Source: the human T2T-CHM13v2.0 reference genome, Homo sapiens. Taken from it: 64,000 bases of DNA. Positions 1 through 12,140 of this stretch are shown piece after piece. The DNA lies in NCBI RefSeq assembly GCF_009914755.1, contig NC_060944.1; one strand, given 5' to 3'. Positions within the stretch are counted from its first letter, which is position 1. The number at the start of each line of letters is the position of its first letter. Position numbers and translations under genes: made by a program. The notes under the pieces were generated by a model, which ran no database searches, was not told the DNA's origin, and saw nothing but the letters and a program-made list of their open reading frames with translations.

Positions 1-149
1 ACATTCTAAAAAACCATGCCCAATTCCCCACGCTAACAGCAGCTCCAGACCAAAGAGCAGCTCTTGTCTTGACCAAAGTGAATAACTATCTTAACACGAG
101 GTGACTAGAAACCATCTGTCTTGAGACCAGAGAGGAGACCTGTGGTCAG

Positions 150-545
150 TGACGCTGTTCAGCAAATACTTGCCATTCCTGACCTCCAGGCTCAAGGAGG
201 GATTGGCCACCCTGGTCCCCTAGGAAGATGGGGCCATGTGCTGGCTCTGGACAATGGTCATGATGGAAATGGCATCTGCTCTTGCAGGCCAAAGAGTTTA
301 ATTGCCTCCAGAGCTCTCCTTCCCTCTGCAACAGTGACCTACAATGTCCAGGTAGCAGTCCTTCCATCACCTTGAATCTCAGAGTAAGAATGACATGGAG
401 TAGAGCCCCCCAGGTAAGCTGTATTGAACATGTAACATGTAGATGAAATCAACTGTTGTTTAAATTCACTAAGTGTGAATTACATAGCACAACTATACTT
501 ATCTTAATTGACACAAGATGAGTTTGTTTCTTAGCTGACCAATAG
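150..545 (+). mobile_element. MaLR solo LTR, MLT1J/I-like
   Basis: GGGGCCATGTG..CTGGACAATGG, TTTAATTGCC..CTCCAGAGCTCTC, GAGTAGAGCCCCC and GAAATCAAC..TTGTTTAA blocks resemble the recalled MLT1J consensus. Confidence 0.65.
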
Positions 546-582
546 CAAAAATCCAATAAACAGATGAATAAATTAATAAATA

Positions 583-640
583 GATGGATGAATGGATGGA
601 TGGATGGATGGATCAGTGGATGGGTGGGTGGATAGATGGA
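583..640 (+). repeat. (GGAT/GGGT)n tetranucleotide microsatellite
   Basis: gatggatgaatggatggatggatggatggatcagtggatgggtgggtggatagatgga seen directly. Confidence 0.95.
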
Positions 641-1511
641 GCTGTTAGATATGGCTCTTTGTTTATAAATCTCAACCACAAACTTTGTCACTTCTCCAGA
701 ATAAAACTCCTACATGGTAGGGACTCTGTGAATGTTATTAAAATGAGAGAGCTATTAGAAGCCAAGAGATGAGGCTGATTTTTACCTCTGGCTTTAGAAT
801 ATTTGGTGCCACTGTGTATAAGCTTTACCCACCATTGACAAAAAGGGACCCACTATGGACACCTCAGGAAGTTCTTCAGCCTGCAGGCACTTCTGTTCCG
901 GGTAGGGATTCAGGTTATCTAAACTCCAACCAAGTGTGACCAATAACTCTTGTTGCTCCTATAGCCTCAGCAAGAACACAAGCAAATATGCTCTCATTTT
1001 TGATAAAAAGCATGTCTATGATTGTTGATGTGCAAATATAAAGAGCCAAGCATGGAGAAAGAAGAACAAGAGTTAAAACATACCTCAGTGACCACCACCA
1101 GCCCTTACATACCTGCCCTGTCCTGGTCCCCTTCTCCAGGTGCCCTCTTCAAAGTATCCCAAACCAGAGAAACAATATAACCAGTGACCATCAGGGAGAT
1201 TTCAGTTCCAGACCTAGGACCTGCAATGAATTTCAGGGGAAAAGTGCTTTCCTTTTTTATCATCTACTCAGAGGATGTTGACTGACAGCTAAAACTACTC
1301 AAAGGGTACAAAATTCAGCCTTATGGTTTCAAGAATAGTCAACCCTGCATGTGAAATCATCAGAGAATGGAGATTTGCCCCCTGTCCAGGCAGGCTCTTA
1401 AATTTGCAGTTCAGATATAAAAAAAAGGTCTCACTTGTTTACTTATCTGTTTTGCATATATTTTTTATTTTCTGTTGAGTATGATATTTGATATAAAAAA
1501 AAAAAAACTTT

Positions 1512-1975
1512 TTAGCTGAGGATGGCTTCTGGGGTTAGCCAGTTCTTAGAGACAGCAGAAGACTCAGCTGGGAGCATGCCTTTGATGCACCAACTAACCC
1601 ATCCAGAGCCATTCCCTTCTATCTGGCCTGTACATCTCAAAAGGCAATATTCCTCTACCTTGACAAGCCCAGGGCCAGCTACCAGGCAACTAGAGACCAC
1701 CAAAAGCCCCCTAAAATTATTCCAATTGGCCAATTCTAAATTGTTCACACTGCCCTGTTTTGCCTTTTCCATCGAAACCAAAATAAGGACTGAGGTCCAA
1801 GCTGTCCCTAGCTCCTGTCTTCTGCCATCTGACCAAAGCTTGGTGCTTCCAATGTGGCCCTGAGTTGTATGTGGTGGCCTCCTCTCTGGAACTGTGCGTG
1901 TAGTCAACTTTGTCTTTCTCACGTCTCCTTGGTGGTGGCATCTGACTGATTATCTCATAAAGAAACACAAAACAT
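1512..1975 (+). mobile_element. ERV solo LTR, MER54/MER73/MER74-like
   Basis: TAGCCAGTTCTTAGAGACAG, AACTAACCCATCCAGAGCC, AAATTATTCCAATTGGCCAATTCTAAA and GGTGCTTCC..TGTGGCCC motifs typical of this LTR group. Confidence 0.55.
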
Positions 1976-4573
1976 TACTGTTTCTGTTTCTGATCTTTAA
2001 AGCCAATGAGAATAGACATGCCCAGTGCTGCTGGGCAGGGCAACAGGCGCTCAGCACTGCTGTGGGAAAATGAACTCCTGCAATCTTTCTGGAGGGCAAA
2101 CATCAACAAGGCTTGCCAACCTTTAACATGTGCACACACTGCCTCCCAGCCACTCCAATTCTAGGAAGTTATCCTAAGAAGATAATGAGTTAATTGCAAA
2201 TATGAATATCCAAAAGTGTTTATCACTGTTTAACATAGAATCATGAAAATTTGGAAACAACTACCATGGACTATGGTAGGGGATGGAATAAATAAACTTT
2301 GATGCCATATGCAGTAGAATGCATAAAACCTGCATTTGAAAAAAGTATTGTGTGCCATGAGAAAATACTGTATGATAAAGATCTTTTAAGGCTCTATGAC
2401 ATTTTCTGTATGATTCCGTTTAATTGTGTAAGTCTGTATATAAACAATGCTATTAACATCAACATGCTCTGTGGTGGGTTATAGGAGATTTTTATTCACG
2501 TCTCAGTACTCTTCTGTATTTTCAAATTCTTGACTGTAAAAATCTACTTCTCTAGAATAAGAAGAAAAAATCTATAATTTTTTAATTGATGGGGAAACAA
2601 ACCTTGAATGATAGGAACCAACAGTTTTGTCAGTTATTCATAATTAATGCTATCAGTATTTAGTAGTTCTCTTCAAGCATGCAGGTTTACAAAACACCAC
2701 TGGTTTATCATCTTGTGAATCAAGACCCATTTTCTTGAGTATAGAGGCTCTGGCATGGTGAAAACACTGAACACTTAATTCACAAGAGCTCAAGCAAGAC
2801 TTGGCAAAAAAAGAAAAAAAAATCAAATCATTTTATGGATAAAGAACAAAGCCAAGGTGGAGATGGCCCCTTTCTCTTCTTTGTTAAAACTGATCATTGA
2901 TCATTGATGGAACATGGAACTTGGGGTTTGGGGGGATTTGTTTGTTTGTTATTTGTGGTGGGGAAAAAAGTTTTCAAAATAGGCTTTGGCATAGCCCTGC
3001 CTGGGGTCAGGCTGAACTGTAAAAGCATTTCTATGATTGTTGAGCTCACTCAGTAGACTGAGTGTGAAGGGCTCTAGATCCCAAGACGGTCCAGAGAAGT
3101 CGTCGTGCATATGTAGGCAGCTCACACACCTCTGACTTCATGCAGCGATAATTAGCTCCTAAACTCAGTTTCAATTTGTTCACGCAACTCTTACCACTCC
3201 CAACCTCCACTCATCAAAGATCTGGGCTGGGTGTACTCAGTGGTGTTAATTTGGTGTCATTTATGTTCAGACATTAAGCAACGCTTATGGGATAAACTAA
3301 AATCTTGTCCCTCCCTGGGCTGTTGGCAGAGTAGCCCACACAATCAGCACATCTCATTGCCAACTGGCACCAGCTGCTGGACCCCTGCTTCTGGGTGATA
3401 AACACTGAAGAATGTGAACGTTACACCAGGAACACTTGTCATTCACTAGCTTCTGGCAGGAGCCAGTAGAATCCCTTCAAACCCCTTCCTGCATAACCCT
3501 TAAGCTACTTATCTCCTGGGCCACATCAGGTGATGTCATCAGATGTAGACGTGTATTTACAAGTTCATTACCCAAGACTTTGAAACTGTCTCCACCCCCA
3601 TTCCCAAAATGAAGATGTTAACGTCCTCTTAGGAGAAAATGGAGAAGTGGCTTTCTCCAAAAGTCATTCTTACCCAGAAGACTATTGGGGGTAAACATTC
3701 AGGCCAGACCGAAGGTACTGTTGTCTTATGCTTTGATTTGGTTTGTTTTTCCTGTTTTCTGGTCAATTCCTGTGGCTCTTTTTCCTGGGGCCTGGCTTTG
3801 GAGGCAAGCCCAGGTCCATGACCTCCAGACCATGCAATCAAGCATGACTGGGATCTTCACTAAGAGGAGGCTGGAACCTGAGAGAGGTGCCTTCCATGAA
3901 GCTGGGAGAGCCCCACCAGCACTGGGCCATGGCTGTGGAGTTTGTGGAGACTGCCATCAATGAGATAATAATAATAAAGACACACTCAAATCTAAGTGGA
4001 TAAAAGGCTTAGGCTGTATCCAGCTTTCTTTTAAGCACTTTACATAATTCATCTCATTTAAGGCTCCAAATAACATCATTGAAGACAAGATTGTATTCTA
4101 GACCCACACAATTTAGAGGATAGACAGAACCCAGGAACTTTCAAAATACCAGGGAAATGTCTTTTAAAGAGGCAGAGGCAGCTCCTAAAAAATATTCGAT
4201 TCCCATACCTGTGAGACCTATGCAAGCACATTGGAAAAATGATATGCAATATAATACTTATTATATTGGTATTGTGGGGATTGTTGTTATAGTCATGTTA
4301 TAGAAAACTAGCTCAACATAATAAAGGTTATATATAAAAAACCCACAGTTAACATCATATTCAATGGTGAAAGACTGAAATATTTTCCTGTAAGATCAGG
4401 TAGAAGAAAAGGATGCCCATTTTCACCACTTTTTCTCAACATTGTATGGGAAGACTGAGCCAGAGCAATGAATCAAGAAAAATAAATAAAAAGACATCCA
4501 AATGGCAAAGTAGAAGTAAAATTATCTCTGCTCACAGATGACATGATCTTTTATGTAGAAAATCCTTTAGATC

Positions 4574-4612
4574 ACATACATACACACAAACACACACACA
4601 CACACACTCACA
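4574..4612 (+). repeat. (CA)n microsatellite within L1
   Basis: cacatacatacacacaaacacacacacacacacactcaca. Confidence 0.9.
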
Positions 4613-5760
4613 CTTTAGTACCTTGAAGTGTTTCCAGTTCCTTCAAATAAAGTTAGGTTGTTGATGTCAGATCTTCTGTTTTAATGTGTTAACAGCTATA
4701 AATGTTTTTAAGTTAAAAATAAAAAAATGAATTCAGCAGGATAGAAAATTCAGAAAGTTGCAGGATTCAAAATTAACATGCAAAAATTAGTTCCATTTCT
4801 ATACATTAACAATGAATAATCTGAAAAGGAAATTAAGAAAACAATCCCATTGACAATAGCATCAGAATAAATATTTTATTCTAAGAATAAAATACTTAGA
4901 AGCAAACATAAGGAGGTAAAAGATTTGTACACTGAAAGCTAAAAAAAAATTGCTGAAAGATATTTAAAGTATAAGTAAATGAAAGAAAAGTTCTGTGTTC
5001 ATGAATTGGAAAACTTAATATTGCTAAGAAGTCAGTACTACCCAAAATGATCTACCAATTCAATAAAATCCCTGTAAAGATCCTAGTGACTTTTTGTGCA
5101 CAAGTACAAAAATCTATTCTAAAATTATATGAATCTCAAAGGACCTCAAATAACCAGAGCAATCTTTAAAAAGAGGAACAAAACTGAAAGTCTTTCACTT
5201 CTTGATTTCAAAACTTACTACAAAACTGCAGTAATCAGGACCTCTACCTTTCACCATATACAGTCATCAACTCAAGATGGAGAGAAGATGTACATGTAAG
5301 ACCTCAAACTAGAAGAATCCTAGAAGAAAACCTAGGAAACACCATTTTGGACATCGGCCTTGGGAAAGAATTTGTGACTAAGTCCTCAAAAGCAATTGCA
5401 ACAAAAACAAAAAATGACAAGTGGGACCTAATTAAACTAAAGAACTTCTGCATAGCAAAAGAAACTGTCAACAGACAGCCTCCACAGTGGGAGGATATAT
5501 TCACAAACTATGCATCTGACAAAGGTCTAGTATCTAGAATCTATAAAGAATTTAAGCAATTGAACAAGCAAAAAAAGACCCCATTAAGAGGTGGGCAAAA
5601 AACATGAACAGGCAAATTTTAAACAAAGACATATAAGCAGCCAATAAACATATGAAAAAGATGGTCATTGTCACTAATAATCAGAGAAATGGAAATCAAA
5701 CCATAATGAGATACTATCTCACACCAGTCAGAATGACTTTTGTTAAAAAGTCAAAAAACA

Positions 5761-6053
5761 CTGGGCAAGGTGGCTCACGCCTATAATCCCAACACTTTGA
5801 GATGCCAAGATGGGTGGATCACCTGAGGCCAGGAGTTAAAGAGCAGCCTGGCCAACATGGTGAAACCCTGTCTCTACTAAAAATACAAAAATTAGCCAGG
5901 GCTGGTGGCAGGCATCTGTAATCTCTCAGCCACCAGAGAGGCTGAGGCACGAGAATCATTTGAACCTGGGAGGCAGAGGCTGCAGTAAGCTGAGATTGTG
6001 CCACTGCATGCCAGCCTGGGCAACAGAGCAAAACTCTTTCTAAAAAAAAAAAA
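5761..6053 (+). mobile_element. AluS element nested in the inner L1
   Basis: Dimeric Alu with ctactaaaaatacaaaaattagcc linker and A-tail. TSD aaaaagtcaaaaaa at 5745-5758 and 6049-6062. Confidence 0.95.
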
Positions 6054-6257
6054 GTCAAAAAAAATATCAGATGCTGGTGAGGCTACAGAGAAAAGGGAGC
6101 ACCTATACACTGTTGGTGGGGATGTCAATTAGTTCAGCCACTGTGGAAAGCAGTCTAGAGATTTCTCAAAGAACTTAAAATAGAACTGCCATTGGACCCA
6201 GCAATCCCATTACTGGGTATATACCCAAAAGAAAGCTAATTGTTCCACCAATAAGAG

Positions 6258-6259
6258 AC

Positions 6260-6307
<48 letters not shown>
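6258..6307 (+). repeat. (CA)n microsatellite
   Basis: About 25 near-perfect CA units. Confidence 0.95.
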
Positions 6308-6310
<3 letters not shown>

Positions 6311-7394
6311 TTCATTGGAGCACTATGCACAAGAGCAAAGATATAGAATCAACCTAGGTTCCAATCAACAGTGGATTGGATAAAGAAAATATGGTACATA
6401 TACATCATAGAATACTACACAGCCAGTAAAAAGAATGAAATCATGTCCTTTGCAGCAATATGGATGCAGCTGGAGGCCATTATCCTAAGTAAATTAACAC
6501 AGACACTGAAAACCAAATACTGCATGTTTTCATTTATAAGTGGGATGTAAATATCAGGACCTCATGGATATAAAGACAGCAACAATAGACACTGGGGACT
6601 ACTAGAGAAAGGGGAGAGGTGGGTACGGGTTAAGAAAGTAACTTATGAGTGCTATTCTCAGTACCTGGGTGATGGGATCATTTACCATACCCCAAACCTC
6701 AGCATCACACAATAGAACCAGGTAAAAAATCTGTACATGTACCCCTGAATCTAAAATAAAAGTTGAAAAAACAAACTACAGTAATCAAAACATTGTACTT
6801 ACATAAAGACAGACATACAGAATAATGGGATAGAATACAGAGTTCAGGTTTAAATTCTCACATATATGGTCAAATAATTTTGAATGAGGGTACCAAAACC
6901 ATTCAACAAGGGTAAGGACAGTCTTTTTAACAAATGGCACTGGAAAAACACAATATTCACATGTAAAAGAACGAAGTTGAACCCCTACCTTAACTATATA
7001 CAAAAATTAACTCAAAATGGATTAAAGACCTAAATGTAATTACTAAAACTATAAAACTCTTCGAAGAAAACATAGAGGAAACCTTCACATCATTGGATTT
7101 GGCAATGATTTATGGATATAGCAGTAAAAGCACAAACGACAAAAGAAAAAATCGATAAATTGGAATACTTCAAAATTTAAAAATGTTGTGCACCAAAGGA
7201 CACTGTCAACAGAGTAAAAGCAATCCACAAAATGGAAGAAAATATTTGCAAATCCATATATCCAATAAGAGATTAATAGCCAGAATTTCTACAGATTTCA
7301 CAACTGAAAAAAATGAAAACGAAAACAACCGGATTAAAACATTAGCAAAGGACTTGAGCAGACATTTCTCCAAAAAATATATACCAATTAACTT

Positions 7395-8035
7395 TATGGG
7401 ATTTTTCCATCTTGGTAAGAACAGGCACTATTCACAGCTCTGAGTAAGCTTGGGGCATTGCTCAATCTAAATCTTTCAGATGCTTCTTTCCCCAGCCTTC
7501 AACAGAACCCATTAACAATTTGCTGAATATTTGAGGGGGACCCTCGGCATATCTTCAGAGCTCTCTTGCCCACTGTCTCCATGCACGTGTCTCCTCTTTG
7601 GTACTCATCCTATCAGTTCTAGTCAGTGGGTTCTCCCTGGACTCTCCACTCTGTGTCTTCAACTCAGAGTCTGCCAGGCTCCAGCTGGCTTCTCCTTCCT
7701 TGTATGTATTCTTTTTGCTTTTACAGAGAAATAAAGTGTCACATAATGCTAAGGTAAACAAAAACCCACCTTTCCAGTGCCATTTGTTAAACAGACTGTC
7801 CTTACTCTTGCCTGGAAACTCTCAAAGCAGTAACTGGGGCAATCATATGAGTTGCCTCATTTCTTCCCTGTCTCTCAGGGCTCCCTGTCCTCCATTGCCT
7901 GATGCTCCTTGTCTTGAAACTGTCATTTTATGTATTTGGTCTAGCTTTTTGGTTTTGTTTTGTTTTGTTTTGTTTTCAGGTGGGAATATAAATCCAGTCC
8001 CTGTTACTCCATCTTGCACAGAAACAGAGTTCTGC
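7395..8035 (-). mobile_element. Ancient L1 (L1M4/L1ME-type) 5' region, antisense
   Basis: gcctggaaactctc..gcagtaactggggcaatc and terminal aaatccagtccctgttactccatcttg resemble the recalled L1M 5' UTR. Interrupted at 7710-7810. Confidence 0.6.
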
Positions 8036-9897
8036 CCATGAATCTTTAAATTATAATTAAAAACAATCTTTCCTAAGGAAAGGAAGTAATTTTGGTGAGA
8101 GCTTTTCTTCCCCAGCGACATTTCAAAAGAAATGTGTGGCCAAGCATGTAACGGGATCTCCTCATGGGGAACTCTATCTCTGCTTGGTACCCGAGGAGAG
8201 GATCTGTGGCATGAAAGCAAAGCTATCTCTAAGTTGATGCTGCAGGAAGCAGAATCTCCCCAAGAACCAGAGGAGGCAGCCCCAATGTTCAAAAAAGCTC
8301 ACCACCCATATGTGACCTCTCTTAGTTCCCATGCAGGAAACTGCTTCCACTGGATGGAGAAGATAAAGCCTTTAGTCAGCAAGAGGTGGCAGATCATTCA
8401 TTCATCCCTGCAAACCTGGGGTTAAATCACAGCTCATCCTTGGAGACAACTGAATCCAATCTTTTTGCTTTTACAGATAAATAAAATGTCACATAATGCT
8501 AAGGTAAACAAACACCTACATATCATGAGGTCAACATTTCCAGTGAGCCCTAGGGGTTATAGCAGTGGCTGAGAGGATTTTACAGAAGACAGGGAGGCCA
8601 GAGGGAAGACAGAGAGGACTCCAGGCCCATTCCTCCTTCAGTCAAAGCCGTTTATTTTATATGTGAAGAAGATTTCATCTGAAAAATCATGGATTTGATC
8701 CAACCGCTGCAATTTTCAGATGAAGAAGAAAAATCTGTAAAAGACTTACCCAGGGTCAGGCAGGAAGTTTAACATGCAGCCTGTGATCAGAACCCCGATC
8801 TCTTGCACCTCTGTGTGATACTTTTACATCTGGGTCACAGAAGGATGCTGGTGAATGGAACAGAGGCCACAGGGGTGGAAATCCCTCATTCCTAAGGCAA
8901 GATAATGCAGACTTCACAGACTTGTCATGAGGAACCAAGAAGCAGATGAATGCAGAATGCTTTGTGAAGAGTAAGAAGCAGCACAAACCCCAGGAATTTA
9001 CAACAACTGTTCTTACCTACCAGACCACTGCCACCCAACTGGGCTGACAATTCCAAGCAGGCTGCTTCTCAATCCAGCATGGCACAGGACACCGACAGCC
9101 CCACCGGGGCATTTTAAATTTTGTCTTGATAATGGTTTTCTTCACAGCAGTTTGATCTGGGGATAACTCTGTCTACCATATGACTTCAAAGAAGCTATGC
9201 ATGACCTGCAAGCTGAGTCCTTCCCAAGGTTGTGCTTGCAAGGGGAAAGGGAATACGAGAGGGGAGGATGCTGAGGATCTCCGTGGGCAAGGAGTCCCAG
9301 AGAAAGGTGTGAGTTTCCAAACAACAACCTGAGAGCATTGGGATACCTTGTCTGCTTCCTCAAAGCCAGCCCAGAAGTCTAATACAAATGGACTACCTGT
9401 GAGGCCCCAGAGCAGAGCTTCACAAACACCAAAGAACAGGTTTCCTATGCTCTCTGATCACTCTGCAATTAAGTTAGAAATCAATTGAAAATAAATGTAT
9501 GTTCCTTTTGATATAGACAGTTGTGTGACCACATGAGGTTTGTACAGTCCCAGGACCCAACCCCAAAGGTTCTGGGTGAACCCCTGATTGAATGGTTATT
9601 GATTGACTAACAAATTGATGTTTTTGCTTGTTTGTATTTGTTGGAGTGAAACCTGTAGCCATGTTATGACCTCTGCTTAGACTGCAGAGCAGCTCAGCAA
9701 AGCACCGGTTTGTTTGTTTGTTTTTAATTCATCATCTACACACAATCTCTACATTTTTATAGACTATTTTAGAGGAGTTTTAGTTTCACAGAAAAATTGA
9801 GCAGAATCTTTTTTTAAATAAAAAACACATTGAAAGTAAAATAAACCTCAATTTTAGACCCAGTAAAAAAAACTACCAGGCATGCAATTTAGACGTC

Positions 9898-9969
9898 TTC
9901 ATTCACACTTCTGCTTTCATTCACACTTCTGCCTTCATTCACACTTCTGCCTTCATTCACACTTCTGCT
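9898..9969 (+). repeat. 18-bp minisatellite, 4 copies (ttcattcacacttctgcY)
   Basis: Units start at 9898, 9916, 9934 and 9952 and differ only in the last base. Gives the RSVNEG repeats of ORF 9889..10122. Confidence 0.95.
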
Positions 9970-11695
9970 CAGCAAATGTGTGGTGAGGATGGTGCTGTGC
10001 AACGTACTAAGATGATGGGAGGACTGGTCCACAGCCGCGTGCAGGGCAACAGGGTGGAGTAAGTGCGCAGTGGTGGCTGCGCTTGAGGCTGTGGAATTTG
10101 GTGGCCAGGCCAGCCACCCCATGATAGAAATCTACCCGATACCGACGTACACAGTGAAAAGCCCCTTCTGCCGTGCACTGAAGCCACGATGATGTAAGTC
10201 CGAGCAGCCAGGTGCACAATGGGGGCCGTTCTCAAGGGCAGGGCATCTGGTCCCCATGAACATACTCAGGGACCAAACCTCAGCCATTGGAGGGGAAAGG
10301 AGCTCCCAGTTCAACACAACATCAACACTGGGATGGTCCAGTACAGCCCCCAGTGATTCATGTCTAAGCCCTATGGATGTCTGCAGCAAGGTGATAGAAG
10401 AGAAAAGGCTGCTTTACTATAAATCATTAGGGTGTAGCAATCACAGTTTGAGATCTGGCCTCCCAGGGAGGCTGAGGAGTGGCGGGCTTCCTCCAGAGAT
10501 GGCAGGCTGGGTATCGGAACAGCACCTGGAAGGAGAAGCATGACACCTGGTGGAGAGCAAGGACCCGACAGCCAGGACCCAACCCGGACATGCCACAGGG
10601 AGCTTGGAGCAGCCTCAGGGACCCCGTCTACCCAGTGGGGGTGTGGCAGGAAGCAGTGACAGCCCATGGAATTTGACAAGTCCATGAGCACATGTGAGCT
10701 TCCCTCCTAAACCTGCCAGAAATTCTGGAGGGAATTTTACAGAGCCAACATCCGACAAGAATAGGTGGGGGAAGAAGCCATGGAATCATGGAATAGGGGC
10801 TGCTCTTTATGACAATGATCCCAACAGTTGGCGAGATGGATGGAAGTGTAACTTAGTGCTGTTGTGTTGTTAACTGGCATGGTCTTTGGGGTCAGACACA
10901 CCCTCTGATCCCACTGTGCTACATGTGAGTTGTGTCACTGTCATAGGTAAATTTCAATCTCCCTTGAACTCCATTTTCTCCATCTGTTGAATGATAAGCT
11001 GCTATCTCTTGGGGCTGTTCTGAAAATCAAATGAGACCGAATTTCAAGGACTTAGAACAGATCAGGTGCTCAATAAGTGGCATCCAGGGTTTTCTTGAGT
11101 AGTTTGGTGGAACTGTTCCAGCTCAGAGTAGTAACAATAGACAAAGACACAAACTGTAGGTCAGCATGAAGGGGATGTGCTAGCTGCTCAGGAGGGGTCA
11201 AAGGGTGACTCCCAGTCGGGCTTTGGAGGCTTAAAGAGTTCAGCCTTAGTTGAACTTTAGGAGTTCCTCTAAAGCAGATGAGGCGGGGGGAAGGTTGCTA
11301 CAGGCAGGGGAAGGCATGAAGGCCAAGTAACAGCAGCGTGGAACTTCAGAGAGCTCCCGGCTCTCCGATGTAGGAGACAGAGGGGTGAGCGGTGGGCTTC
11401 TAACCAGAGTGGAACAGAGAAGACAGGACAGGCCTCTGGATGCATGTGGGGAGAACTGGGGGGTGCTGGTCTTAGGCATATAAATAGTTTCCCTTTTCAA
11501 TAAAGCAGCTCCCTAAATGTACAGCCCAGATATCAACTCAAACCCCAAGTCCCGCAGCTTCCCCAGGATTTCTGTCCATCCCTGACATCTGTGATTTCCT
11601 GGTGACTGCCACTCTAAGCTCCTCTCCTGAGCACTTGGCTTCACTCATCCTTTCTTCTCATTCATCATTATTATTCAGCCAGTATGTATTGAGGC

Positions 11696-12140
11696 TGTGG
11701 GAGTTGATCATAAAAATTGGATCATTCTTGTCACATCTGACTTAAACGGACTCAAGAGGCCTAGGGGAATGCACTCAGGGCACAAAACATTGCTCCAAAA
11801 ATGTAATTGTCTGCAAGCCTGGCTGCGGAAACTGCCTATAACCTATATCTCATGGCTACTAAAACACCCTGACATGACTCTAAGACTAGTTTTACCCACT
11901 GCCATCACTCACCAAGCAGAGCCTGCCAGCTCCCCAAAACTTTACTCTTGTCAAAGAACATTCTAGAAAAAAAATCTAACATTTTACCTTTTTATAAAGC
12001 CTCCTACCTCCTCTTTGTCTTTGGACATCATACTGAAGACTACCCCATCTACATGTATGCCTTGCATTGCAATTCTCACATCCCAAATAAAATGTTACAT
12101 TTAAGACATCCATCTCTACAGTTTTATTCTACCTTTAACA
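11696..12140 (+). mobile_element. ERV1 solo LTR (MER34-like) inserted in an L2 fragment
   Basis: TG...CA termini (tgtgggagttg ... ctttaaca) and internal AATAAA. Splits the L2 3' motif (tatgtattgag | tgcctgctatgtgtcaggcac). Confidence 0.6.

Larger units (their letters stand above)
5238..6772 (+). mobile_element. 5'-truncated L1 (L1PA13-16/L1PB-like) nested in the older L1
   Basis: ORF2 C-terminal remnant ([34 protein letters not shown]). 3' UTR ends ctaaaataaaagttgaaaaaa. TSD aaactgcagtaatca 5223-5237 vs aaactacagtaatca 6773-6787. Confidence 0.85.
4310..7385 (+). mobile_element. Old LINE-1 (L1MA/MB-like) ORF2 3' region, interrupted by a younger L1
   Basis: L1 ORF2 DNA (aaaaacccacagttaacatcatattcaatggtgaaagactg...; gatgacatgatc, the ADDM motif region). 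Breaks at 5237 and resumes at 6788. Confidence 0.85.

Noticed and set aside
9898-9969. CRISPR-like repeat array
   Set aside because: Head-to-tail repeats with no spacers, in eukaryotic DNA.
9808-10740. Possible processed-pseudogene 3' UTR fragment on the minus strand
   Set aside because: Only 7 T, no upstream poly(A) signal on that strand, no convincing TSD and no recognisable parent gene.
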